Assembly: GCA_002441205.1 (NCBI GenBank)
Contig: DJVN01000133.1
Location: 3,900-57,310 of the forward strand
From: Syntrophaceae bacterium UBA6255
Lineage (GTDB): Bacteria > Desulfobacterota > Syntrophia > Syntrophales > Smithellaceae
DNA length: 53,411 nt
Direction of reading: 5' to 3'
Shown here: positions 17,454 through 28,200 of the stretch, one piece after another
Numbering within the stretch: the first letter of the stretch is position 1
Layout: each line of letters opens with the position of its first letter
Made by a program: the position numbers and the translations under genes
Notes under the pieces: model-generated
What the model was told of the DNA's origin: nothing
Databases searched by the model: none
Seen by the model: only the letters and a program-made list of their open reading frames with translations

Positions 17454-18818
17454 ATGCGAGAAAGTGATCCCTCTTTATACAAACTTCCGCCGCAGAATCT
17501 CGAGGCGGAACAGTCCGTTCTGGGCAGTATTTTGCTGGAGAACACTGCCATTAACCGGGTGCTCGAAATTCTGTTCCCGGAGGATTTTTATTCTGAGGCG
17601 CACCGCAAGATTTTCAATGTCATCAGAGAGCTTTCCGAAAAAAACGAGCCGATTGATCTAATTACCTTAAGCAATGCCCTGAAAGACAAAAGCATACTGG
17701 ATTCGGTCGGAGGAACGACGTATCTGGCGTCTTTGGTGGATAACGTCCCGACGGCGGCCAACGCCGCAAATTACGCGAAAATTGTAAAAGAGAAGGCAAT
17801 TCTGCGCGGACTCATCACGTCGGCCACGGAGATTATTGACAGTTGTTATGATACAGGGTCCGATGTTGACACTATTCTGGATAAGGCCGAGCACAATATT
17901 TTTGAAATTTCCGAAAATAAAGTGCGCCAGGATTATTTTCCGATCCGGGATATTATCAAGGACAGTTTCCGTTCCATCGAAGATTTGTATTCCCGCCAGC
18001 AGTTGATTACGGGAGTGCCGACCGGTTTTGAAAAGATTGATGATTTGACCGCCGGCCTGCAGAAATCAGAACTGATCATCATTGCCGGACGTCCGAGCAT
18101 GGGCAAGACGGCGTTTGCCCTGAACATTGCCTTGCACGCGGCGATGGAAGGACAGATACCGACCGCTGTCTTTTCGCTGGAAATGTCCAAGGAACAGCTT
18201 GCTTTTCGTCTGCTTTCCTCCGAAGCCAAGGTGGATGCCCAGCGCCTGAGAAAAGGTTTTTTGGGAGAAACAGATTGGCCGAAGCTGACGACGGCCGCCG
18301 GTCGTCTATCCGATGCCCCTCTTTACATAGATGATACTGCCGCCATTACCGTTCTGGAGATGAAAGCCAAGTCCCGCCGGCTGAAAGCGGACAGGGGATT
18401 GGGATTAATTGTTGTGGATTACATTCAGCTCATGCGTTCCAGTTACAGTCACGATTCCCGCGAAAGGGAAATATCGGATATCAGCCGTTCGCTGAAGGCA
18501 CTGGCCAAAGAACTCAATGTCCCTGTCGTGGCGCTTTCGCAACTGAACCGTCAGGTCGAAAGCCGTACCAACCGCCGGCCGCAGATGGCGGACTTGCGCG
18601 AGTCCGGCGCCATTGAGCAAGATGCCGATGTCATCGCCTTTATCTACCGCGATGAAGTCTATAACAAATCGGATGATAATATTGACAAGGGCACAGCGGA
18701 AATCATCATCGCCAAGCAAAGAAACGGACCCACCGACACGGTCAAGCTTGCTTTTATCGACAAATACACAAGCTTTGAAAACTTATCGCGCGTGGAAGCA
18801 CCTGAAGGCCAGCGTTAA
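17454..18818 (+). CDS. dnaB: Replicative DNA helicase DnaB
   Basis: 454-aa ORF with 'PPQNLEAEQSVLGSILL', Walker A 'GRPSMGKTAFALN' and 'VVALSQLNRQVESR'. Confidence 0.95.
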   Translation: MRESDPSLYKLPPQNLEAEQSVLGSILLENTAINRVLEILFPEDFYSEAHRKIFNVIRELSEKNEPIDLITLSNALKDKSILDSVGGTTYLASLVDNVPTAANAANYAKIVKEKAILRGLITSATEIIDSCYDTGSDVDTILDKAEHNIFEISENKVRQDYFPIRDIIKDSFRSIEDLYSRQQLITGVPTGFEKIDDLTAGLQKSELIIIAGRPSMGKTAFALNIALHAAMEGQIPTAVFSLEMSKEQLAFRLLSSEAKVDAQRLRKGFLGETDWPKLTTAAGRLSDAPLYIDDTAAITVLEMKAKSRRLKADRGLGLIVVDYIQLMRSSYSHDSREREISDISRSLKALAKELNVPVVALSQLNRQVESRTNRRPQMADLRESGAIEQDADVIAFIYRDEVYNKSDDNIDKGTAEIIIAKQRNGPTDTVKLAFIDKYTSFENLSRVEAPEGQR

Positions 18819-18919
18819 AAAGCATATTATTGTAAAAGCCAATCCGGAGAAACTGGAAATGGCTGCCTTCTTTTATGCTGCGGGAATTTTCTTGTTAAAA
18901 AATATCTGTAGTATCATTA

Positions 18920-19678
18920 CTAAAATATATATTTGATTCCAAACCCAATACCGTTGGAAGCATCGAGTCTGCCGTCGAAAAGGCCATTGGCGCCGGACCG
19001 GTGATGAACGCGTGTGACGAAACTCCACTGCGGTTTGTCAGGCAGGGAAAAAGCGAATTCAAGCATCAGATATCCGAGTAGCTTGGGAGAAGATTTATCC
19101 TTGCCGACACTATTTTCTTCTATGTCGGGTTTTTCAAACGCGTACGACACCCCCGCGCCCATCGCGATACTTGTGTCAACGTAATTGTCCCATGGAAAAT
19201 TTTTCCAGCGAAACACCACCGGCACTGCGTTGACTTCAAAATGATTCTGTTCGCCAAAATGTTTTCCAACCTGTCCTTCCATTTCAAAATCCACGGGTAA
19301 TTTTTTGAAAGAATGTATTCTCTTCGCCAAAGACATGACCGCAATATAAGAATCTTCATATTTGGCGTTAAATGTCAACGTGTCTCCTAATGTATCAGGA
19401 CTGAGCATTGCGCCATAACCTGTGATCATCCAGTCATGATGAATAGGTGCTTTTTTCTTGGAAGGCTTTGCTTTTCGCGTAGCAGTTGCCTTGTAAACAG
19501 GCTTTGCTTTTGGGGTTGACTTTACGGCTTTCTGGCCGGATTTTGCTTTAGGAGCAGATATCGCTTTTGTCTTTATAGTTGCTTTTTGAGCACATGCTGC
19601 TTGATCAAAACAAAAGAATGAAATAAGAATACAGATAAATGCAGTCAACGTCAGTTTGTTTTTCAATATCATGATCAA
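18920..19678 (-). CDS. Outer-membrane beta-barrel protein, PagL/acyloxyacyl-hydrolase-like, with a Lys/Ala/Pro-rich linker after the signal peptide
   Basis: 252-aa ORF with a signal peptide, alternating beta-strand pattern, a terminal 'GFGIKYIF' (C-terminal Phe) and an 'HHRSGANG' H-x-S motif reminiscent of the PagL active site. The family call is tentative. Confidence 0.45.
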   Translation of the reverse strand: MIMILKNKLTLTAFICILISFFCFDQAACAQKATIKTKAISAPKAKSGQKAVKSTPKAKPVYKATATRKAKPSKKKAPIHHDWMITGYGAMLSPDTLGDTLTFNAKYEDSYIAVMSLAKRIHSFKKLPVDFEMEGQVGKHFGEQNHFEVNAVPVVFRWKNFPWDNYVDTSIAMGAGVSYAFEKPDIEENSVGKDKSSPKLLGYLMLEFAFSLPDKPQWSFVTRVHHRSGANGLFDGRLDASNGIGFGIKYIF

Positions 19679-19965
19679 TCTCCTTAGAGAAAATTTTTTA
19701 TAACCTAACCTTCGCCTACGTGTTCAGACAATCACTGACAAGCATATCAACTTATTACTTTGGAGATGTCAAGGCAGGTAAATCGTACTTCGACCATTTT
19801 GGTGAAATGTCTATTTCACATTTTACGTTTGGATTCAACTGTTTTATGTAATATGTACAGGCTTCTAATTATTGCTCTTTTGAGGAGGCGGTTTTATTGA
19901 CACGTTTTTAGACTGACGTGATAACCATTTCAAGTTGAAACGTTTCCATACAGCTTTCTGCACTA

Positions 19966-22212
19966 TCATTTATTATCACGTTTTTTTTTCGTGACCGGTT
20001 TTTCAGGATGATCAGGACATGTTTTTTTCGGCGCTGTGCCTGTAAAGTAAGCTTCAGTAAATTTTTGAGGGCATGCGGAGGTGGCCAGATAACCTGTTTT
20101 GGGATCAATAACCGCCCTGTGTATTCCTTTGGGAGGGACGACGGCTGATGGTGATGATTGGGAATATAGAGAACGCATAAACCGCGACCAGATCCGCAGC
20201 GCTCCCTGGGCTCCGGTCAGACCTGTATCGGTTCCGGAATCATATCCCACCCACACGGCGCAAACCACGTCCGGGGTATAGCCGACGAACCACGAATCTC
20301 TATTGCCATTGGTTGTGCCGGTTTTTCCCGATGCCGGAAAATGAATGCCCAGTTCCTTGGCGTCATATGCCGTGCCGCGTTTTAGAACGCCCTCCAAAGC
20401 GTACCCCGTGAGATAAGTCACTCGCGGATCAAACACGTGTTTGGAGTGCACCTTTCGGGATATGATGATGTTGCCATTTCCCGTGATTACCGAATGGAGC
20501 GCAAAGGGCTCAAAGCGTATGCCGCCCGAGGCAATAGTCGCGTAGGCATAAGCAATTTCACGCGGAGTGACTTCGAAACTTCCCAGCGCCAGGGAAGGAA
20601 CGGGCGACAGAGGGCTGGTAATTCCTGCTAAACGTGCTGTCTGTAAGACTTTTTTAAATCCGATTTCGCTGGCCAGCCGGGTTGTGGCCGTATTGACGGA
20701 ATCCTCTATGGTTTTCCGAATTGTAATATTTTCGTATTTTTTGTTTTCAAAATTTGTCGGGGTCCACAAACCCTCGGGTGTCTGGATTGTAATCGGTTTC
20801 CCCGACACGAATGAAGAAAGTGTCAAATCGTTTTTATTCTGTAATGAAAGCGAAAACGCTGTGAGAAGAACAAAAGGCTTGAAAGCGCTTCCTGATTGAC
20901 GATTAGCATCCACGGCCCGGTTGAACGGGGCTTGCTGGTAGTTGCGCCCTCCGACCATGGCTGTCATTTCTCCTGTGACGGGATCAACAGCGACCAAAGC
21001 CGCCTGGAGTTTTTCATTTGCGGGAAAAGCATATGCCTCGATTTCCTCGATTCCCCTGCTGACGGCCTCCTCAGCAAGGGCTTGGAAAACAGGATCCATC
21101 GTTGTGTAGTAGCGGTATCCTCCGTGGTAAGGTTTTTCACTGCCCAGATCTTCCTTGGTCATCCGCTGTATTAAGTCAATGAAGTACGATATCCGCTCAG
21201 GGGCTTTACATCGTCTAATACTCAGAGGTGCGTTTGACGCCTTTTGAAACTGGTCGCCACTAATCATCTTAAGATTGTGCATTCTTGCCAGAACCGCGTT
21301 GCGACGTTCTTTTGCACTTTTGAGATTTCTATATCGGTTGGGCGAATGGATCATTCCGGCAAGTAACGCCTCCTCCTGAAGAGAAAGATTATTGGCGTGT
21401 TTTGAGAAATAGAAATTGGCCGCGTGTTCAATGCCATAGATGCTCCGGGAACCGTCCTGGCAGAAATATACCTTGTTCAGGTACATTTCCAGGAGCTGCT
21501 TTTTTGTGTATCGCAATTCAAGAATGAGCGTCATTTCAATCTCGCGAAGTTTGCGTAAGAAAGTTTTTTCAGGAGAGAGGAAAAAATTCTTTGCCAGTTG
21601 TTGCGTGATGGAAGAACCGCTCTGAGAAAACTGCCGCTTTTGGGAATTAACAAACAATGCCGACCCCATTCCCAGCAAGTCAATTCCTATATGGGAATAA
21701 AACCGCTCATCTTCGGCGGCGACTACCGCATTTTGCAGATGAGGAGAAATGTCGGACAGGGCAACCGGTTGTTGGAATTCCATTTTAGGACCGATAATGC
21801 GGGCAATTTCTTCCGGATTCAGTTTGACCGAACTTATCGGTTTGCCTGTGGACGAAGTTATCGCTTCCACCCGGCCGCTTCGCAGCACAATGTCTACGGG
21901 ACCTTCTCCTTTGGATGCTTCCCCCGTTACTTTGTTTTTTAGAAATATCCTGATAAGCGACTTTTCTTGAGAGAACGTTCCGGGCATTGTTGGTTTGCCC
22001 GTGACTTGCCTGTAGGAAAGTCTGCGCAATCGTTCGATGAAGCGCATGTTTCCAAGGTGAGTTCCTTTCCGGATTTCCAAGGAGCGTCCGTAAAAGATGG
22101 ATGATTCTTCCCCGACATTGGCAGTGACTTCCCTCCCAACATGATAATAAACATAGCCAATGCGCAGCAGCAGGCCCGCAGCCAGAAATAAAATAATGTA
22201 TCGTTTAATCAA
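19966..22212 (-). CDS. Class A penicillin-binding protein (GT51 glycosyltransferase + transpeptidase), PBP1A family
   Basis: 748-aa ORF with the GT51 motifs 'EDERFYSHIGID' and 'GSSITQQLAKN', and the transpeptidase motifs 'SGSAFKP' (SxxK) and 'KTGTT'. Confidence 0.9.
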   Translation of the reverse strand: MIKRYIILFLAAGLLLRIGYVYYHVGREVTANVGEESSIFYGRSLEIRKGTHLGNMRFIERLRRLSYRQVTGKPTMPGTFSQEKSLIRIFLKNKVTGEASKGEGPVDIVLRSGRVEAITSSTGKPISSVKLNPEEIARIIGPKMEFQQPVALSDISPHLQNAVVAAEDERFYSHIGIDLLGMGSALFVNSQKRQFSQSGSSITQQLAKNFFLSPEKTFLRKLREIEMTLILELRYTKKQLLEMYLNKVYFCQDGSRSIYGIEHAANFYFSKHANNLSLQEEALLAGMIHSPNRYRNLKSAKERRNAVLARMHNLKMISGDQFQKASNAPLSIRRCKAPERISYFIDLIQRMTKEDLGSEKPYHGGYRYYTTMDPVFQALAEEAVSRGIEEIEAYAFPANEKLQAALVAVDPVTGEMTAMVGGRNYQQAPFNRAVDANRQSGSAFKPFVLLTAFSLSLQNKNDLTLSSFVSGKPITIQTPEGLWTPTNFENKKYENITIRKTIEDSVNTATTRLASEIGFKKVLQTARLAGITSPLSPVPSLALGSFEVTPREIAYAYATIASGGIRFEPFALHSVITGNGNIIISRKVHSKHVFDPRVTYLTGYALEGVLKRGTAYDAKELGIHFPASGKTGTTNGNRDSWFVGYTPDVVCAVWVGYDSGTDTGLTGAQGALRIWSRFMRSLYSQSSPSAVVPPKGIHRAVIDPKTGYLATSACPQKFTEAYFTGTAPKKTCPDHPEKPVTKKKRDNK

Positions 22213-22223
22213 AGAATTCTCCG

Positions 22224-25200
22224 CTACAGAATGATATGAATTTTATGTTCCATGCCGTCATCCGTCAGGGAAAATGATTGCTCTGCCTGTTTCGTGCCGT
22301 CGACAATTACTGTCATTTCTTTTTCCCGTTCTTGAACGCGGGTGACGGTTATATGATAAATTGTTTTTCCATAGCGGTAACGGATGCTGAATCCATCCCA
22401 CTCTACCGGCATGCAGGGAACAAAGCATATCTTATTTCCCTCTCGTTTTAATCCAAGCAGATATTCAATAATCAGCCGGTATGTCCAGCCGGCCGCGCCG
22501 GTGTACCATGTCCATCCACCCCGTCCGGTATGCGGCGCGAAAGCGTAAACATCGGCCGCGACAACATAAGGTTCGACTTTATAGGTTTCAATGGCTTCAC
22601 ATGAATTTGCGTGATTTATGGGATTGATAATGGTCATAATTTCCCACGCCCGGTTATTATCTCCCAGAGAAGCAAAAGCCATGGCTGCCCAGACGGCGCT
22701 ATGCGTATACTGTCCACCGTTTTCTCTTACTCCAGGCACATATCCTTTAATGTATCCGGGATTCAAATTGGATTTGTCGAATGGCGGATGCAAGAGTTGG
22801 ATGATTCCGATATCTCTGCGAATAAGATGCTGACTCAGTGATTCCATGGCCAGACGCGAGTGATGGCCGTTACCCGCTCCGGATAAAACCGACCAGCTTT
22901 GGGCAATGGAATCAATCCGGCATTCCTGATTCTTCGCCGAGCCGAGCACGGTTCCGTTGTCGAAGAAAGCGCGCCGGTACCACAGGCCATCCCAGCCGTG
23001 CTGCTCAATGTTCAGCCGCAAGTCCAGAGCTTCTTTTTTACAATATTCTTCAAATGATGTATCCCCGCGCAGGCTGGCGATTTTCGCGAATTGTGTAAGA
23101 ACTTCATAAAGGAAAAATCCCAGCCAGATGCTTTCGCCCTTTCCTTTTATGCCGACCATGTTCATGCCGTCGTTCCAGTCTCCGGAACCCATGAGCGGAA
23201 GACCGTGTTCGCCGAAACGCAACCCTCTTTTGATGGCTCGTATGCAGTGTTCATAAAGGCTGGCGGTTTGATAAGATCTGACCGGCAGGTCGTAATAAGA
23301 ATCTTCCTCTATATTCAACGGACGACCGTTAATAAAGGGCACGGGTTCTTCCAGTATATCGGTGTCGCCGGTTCTTGATATGTAGTAGCAGGTTGTGAGA
23401 GGCAGCCAGAGATAATCATCGGAACATTGCGTGCGCACGCCGCGGCCCAGAGGGGGATGCCACCAGTGTTGAACGTCTCCTGCCTCGAACTGGCGGGACG
23501 CGGAAAGAAGAAGTTGATCACGCGCGAATTTCGGTTCGGCGTGGATGAGCGCCATAACGTCCTGTAACTGATCGCGGAAGCCGAAGGCTCCGCCTGATTG
23601 ATAATATCCGGTTCGTGCCCAGAGACGGCAGGCCAGCGTCTGATATAGAAGCCAGCCGTTGGTAAGAATATTGAGAGAAGGATCAGGCGTCTTCACCTGT
23701 ATAACATTAAGCTTGTCATTCCAATATTCGCTTACGGCTTTGAGCGCCTCACCGGCCGTTTCCGGGTCGCTGAAAAATTGCGCCAGCTTGCGGGCTTCGC
23801 TTACGTTTTGCGCCAATCCCAGAGTGAAGACGATTTCTTTTTCTTCTCCATCAACCAGCTCAAGCGGAACCTGAATTGCGGCACAGGGATCCAATCCGGC
23901 GCCGACTTTTCCGGAAAGATGATGTCTTTTCATAACAGCCGGATCTCTGAGCGTTCCGTTGCGTCCCAGAAATTCGGTGCGGTTGCCGGTTATGGTTCGC
24001 GTCGGCGCGCTGGTGTTAAAGAAGGCGATACGGTTGGGAAATTCCATGTTGTAGGGATTACGCGCGAAAATAGCGCCGCTTTGGTGATCAACGTCGGTAA
24101 TGACATGCATTGCGGTTTTCGCTCTCAGGTCACCTAAAATCCATTCGACGTATCCCGTTAGGGAAATGCGCCTTGGCCGTCCTGTTACATTTTTTAGTCT
24201 GACTACGACGAATTTTACTGATGCGTCCAGAGCAGCGTAAACCAATACCTCGGATTGAATAAAACGCTCCGTGTGTTCGAAAACCGTATACCCGAAACCG
24301 TGACGGGTTACGTATGGCTCAAATCCGCGTCGGGGCAGGGGCGTGGGTGACCAGAAATGGCCCCGTTCATCATCACGAATGTAAAACGCTTCTCCGCTGC
24401 GGTCGCATACCGGATCATTGTGCCAGGGCGTAAGACGGAATTCATGGGCGTTTTCGGCCCATGTGTACGCCATGCCGCTTTCGGATACAACGGTGCCGAA
24501 TGTCGGATTAGCCAGAACATTGACCCAGGGCGCCGGCGTTATCTGAGACCGGGAAGTGGAAATAACATATTCGCAATTTGCCGGGTCAAATCCACCCAGC
24601 CCGTTGAAGAACAGCAGGTCCTGACGCCGTGGTGCTGTCTTGGGCGTGGGTGCCGGTCGGTGCGTGCGGCTTGGTATCAGGCGGGGCACCGCGACTTTCA
24701 ATCCGCCGCGTTGTTTGACCTGATTCGCCAGTTTACCTTGATGACCGGAGATAATGACATGAGCCACGGTCTGAAAAAGAATTCTGTCTTCTTCCGGCAT
24801 CTGATCGGTATTCCTGACAAAAATTCCGCCGGGCTGATCTTTCATGTCAGCGACAATACCTGAGGAAACAAGTCCCATAATCTGATCATGCAGAAGCTGT
24901 CTGTATCCGGCGTGATCTTCATTCCAGATAACCAGATCAACGGCCAAGCCTTTCAGCCGCCAGTAGGTATGAGCCTGAATAAGCTGACGTGCCAGTTCCA
25001 TATGGGATTGATCGGAAATTTTTAAAAGTACAATCGGTAAATCCCCGGATACCGCATACCCCCAAAGTCCGGATTGTCCCCGGCGATTTTCCATGATGGT
25101 GTTTGCTCCGGCGCGCATGGAATCATTCGGGTAGATGAGGCAACTGGCTATATGAGAATAAAGCTGAGCATCGGCATCCGTGGCATTGATTTGCCTGAGC

Positions 25201-28200
25201 AGCACCTGACTTTGCGTCCAGGCCATTTCAAAAACACGGTCGGCGATTCGCCTGTCCTGATATTTATCCACAAGATCCATGGCTTCTTCTCGGGTATTGC
25301 CAATGCCGAAAACCATGTCGATTGTGGCCGATTGCTCGGGCTCAAGCGTTATCCTGGATCTGATCGAAACAATCGGATCGAGCACGGAACCCTGACTGTC
25401 CGAAAGGGTTCCGAAAAGATTCATGGGCGGGTCCATGACTTGCGCGTCGCAGAGGGTTTTACCGCGACCGATAAAACGGGATCTGTCGGTTTCATAAGAA
25501 ATCTGTTCAGTGTCCGTTCCGTGCACCGCCATTAAATGAAGCATCCAGGGATTCTTTTCATCTTCGGACCGCGGCCGCCGGGTGCAAAGAATGGCCCGGC
25601 GTTGTTCGATAATCTGCGTCTGGATGAAGAGATTGGAAAATGCGGGATGAATCTTATCGGCGGCCTGCTGCGTGATGACAACCTCTGCGTAACTTGTGAT
25701 ATCGATGGTTCTGCGAATCCGCGAGTGATTTGCTATGGTGGTGCGGCGAAGTTCAATATCATCTTCCGGCGAGACAACAATTTGCGTGTGAACGTCAAGG
25801 TCATGGTCATGGCGACGGAATTCAACGCGACCATCCGAAAAAACCGCTTCATAACGGAGCGGCTGCTTGAGGGTAGGTTGATAAGTCGTCGACCAGACAT
25901 CTCCCGTTTTGACGTCGGTCAGGTAACAGAATATTCCGGAGTTGTCGCAGGTCACGTCTTCCCTGAATCGGGTAATGGCGATATTTTTCCAACGGCTGTA
26001 GCCGCCACCGGCATTGGTCAGCATGATGTGATATCGGCCGTTGGACAGAAGTTGTATTTCCGGAATGGTTGTGTCCGGGGTGTTGAAGATACGCACCGGC
26101 GTTTCCACCAGGTCCTGTTCCTTTTGCGTGCTGACCAGATCGGCCGGAGACGTATAGAAAGCGATGGCCTTGGGAACCATCTCCTGAAGCAGCAATAAGG
26201 TGGATTGAAATAATGGTTCCGCCTCGAATCGTTTTTGCATCGGCCGGTCCAGAAGTAAATAGGCCAGAGCGAGCAGAGTCATCCCTTGGTGATGTGCCAT
26301 GTAGGAACGAATCACTGCGTTAGGTTGGTTGCGTGTCAAACGCGATGACGTATAATCTATCGCTTCATAAAAACCGAATGGTCCCTGAAATTTATTATCG
26401 GCGAGTTTTTCAAGATTCAAGCATGCTTTTTCCGGTTCCACCATCAAAGCCAACGCGGAAGCGTAAGGGGCTACAACCAAATCCTCCGTCAATCCACGCT
26501 TCAGACCCAGACCGGGCACACCGAAGGCGCGGTACTGATAATTGAGATGGCTGTCAAAGGCGTAATATCCCGATTCTGAAATACCCCAGGGAACGGAGCG
26601 TTTCTTTCCATACTCGATTTGCATATCAACGGCTGCTTTGTAGGTCTGATCAAGCAGGGAATCTTCATAGGTCGGCATGACTAAAAGAGGCATCAGGTAT
26701 TCAAACATTGAACCGCTCCACGAAACCAGCACGGGCTTATTCTTGACGGTGGTTAACAATCTGCCCATGGCAAACCAGCTCTCCTGAGGGAGTTTCCCCT
26801 GTGCGATGCCAACGAAGTTGCTGAATCTGGCTTCTCCGGCCAGTAAATCATAGAAACTTGAGTCGCGCCGCCAGTTGCTGACGTTGTAGCCGATAGACAG
26901 GAGATTACAAGATTTGTCGAAAATAAAATCGTATTCTATGTTGGTAAAATCACTGCATTGACGCACCAGTGTTTCTAAGTCTTCCATCATCGTTACTGTC
27001 CGTTCGCCGGATTCAGCAACCAGGGTTTTGAGTTCTTTCACCTCCTTGGCTTCGCAGGCGTTAGACTCAGATTTTATTCTATCTTCGAGGGCAGACTCAA
27101 ACACTTCAGCAAAATTGGATAAATCCCGCAATGTCATGATATCATTTAGTTGAGGCATTTCATTTACGATGTCCGGAAAATACGGTTTGAATATCCAGGG
27201 CGTTAGGAAAAGCAATTCATCAAGAGCGGCCATGGATTGGTCTGAGAATGCTTTTGCCCAATAGCCGGTTGAATTTTTATGATCCATGTCATCAGGATTG
27301 ATGCTTTCGGTCATTTCTGTTGCCATGGCTGTTATTTTTTCCAGACAGGTCTTTGCCTCATGGAGCGTGGCTGGCGGCGAGGAGATCGCTTCATCCAGAA
27401 TTTTCTTTAGCCGAGAAAGTTGTCCAGGAGAAGATTTTCCTGCTGTTTCCGTCCAAATTTCCAATGTGTCTTTGAGCCCGTCAAATATTTGCGGTTCGAT
27501 AATTTTCTTATCGGGAATGGAAAGTAAGCCGGATCTCAAAATGAAGAGATAGCCGACGAGATTTCCGCTATCCACAGAGGAGACATACAAAGGCAATAAC
27601 GGATCGAGCGATTGCGTGTCATACCAATTGTAAAAATGACCTTTGTGCCGTTCCATCGAAACCAGGGTGCGTAAGGTATTGGACGTGCGTTCAACAAACT
27701 TGAGCGTCGTTATATATCCAAAATCCAGGGCGGTCAGGTTGGCCAGGAGTGACAGACCTATATTGGTGGGTGATGTTCGATGAGCCACGACATTGACAGG
27801 ATCTTCCTGGTAATTGTCAGGCGGCAGCCAGTTGTCTTCAGGGCCGACGAAATTTTCAAAAAACGCCCAGGTTTTGCGGGTAGTTTTTCTCAGGAAAGTA
27901 ATCTGAGACGCGGAAAGCTTAGTTTCCGGGCGGCGTGCAGGCCTGCTGACCTTCCAGGCGATGGCCGGGGATAAACACCAGATCAGAATAAAAGGCGCCG
28001 CAAATATAAGACTTGCCGGCCGGGAAACAAGAATAGCGGTTGAAGAGACAGCGGCAATAAATGGAGCGAACCACATGTTTTTATAGTAACTCACAAGATC
28101 ATGGCGCAGATGGCTGTTGGTATTCTCCGATGGATTCCATTCGAGCAGATTTTTACGAGAAATGAGCATTCGCCAAACGGTTCGCAAGACAGCGTCCGTA

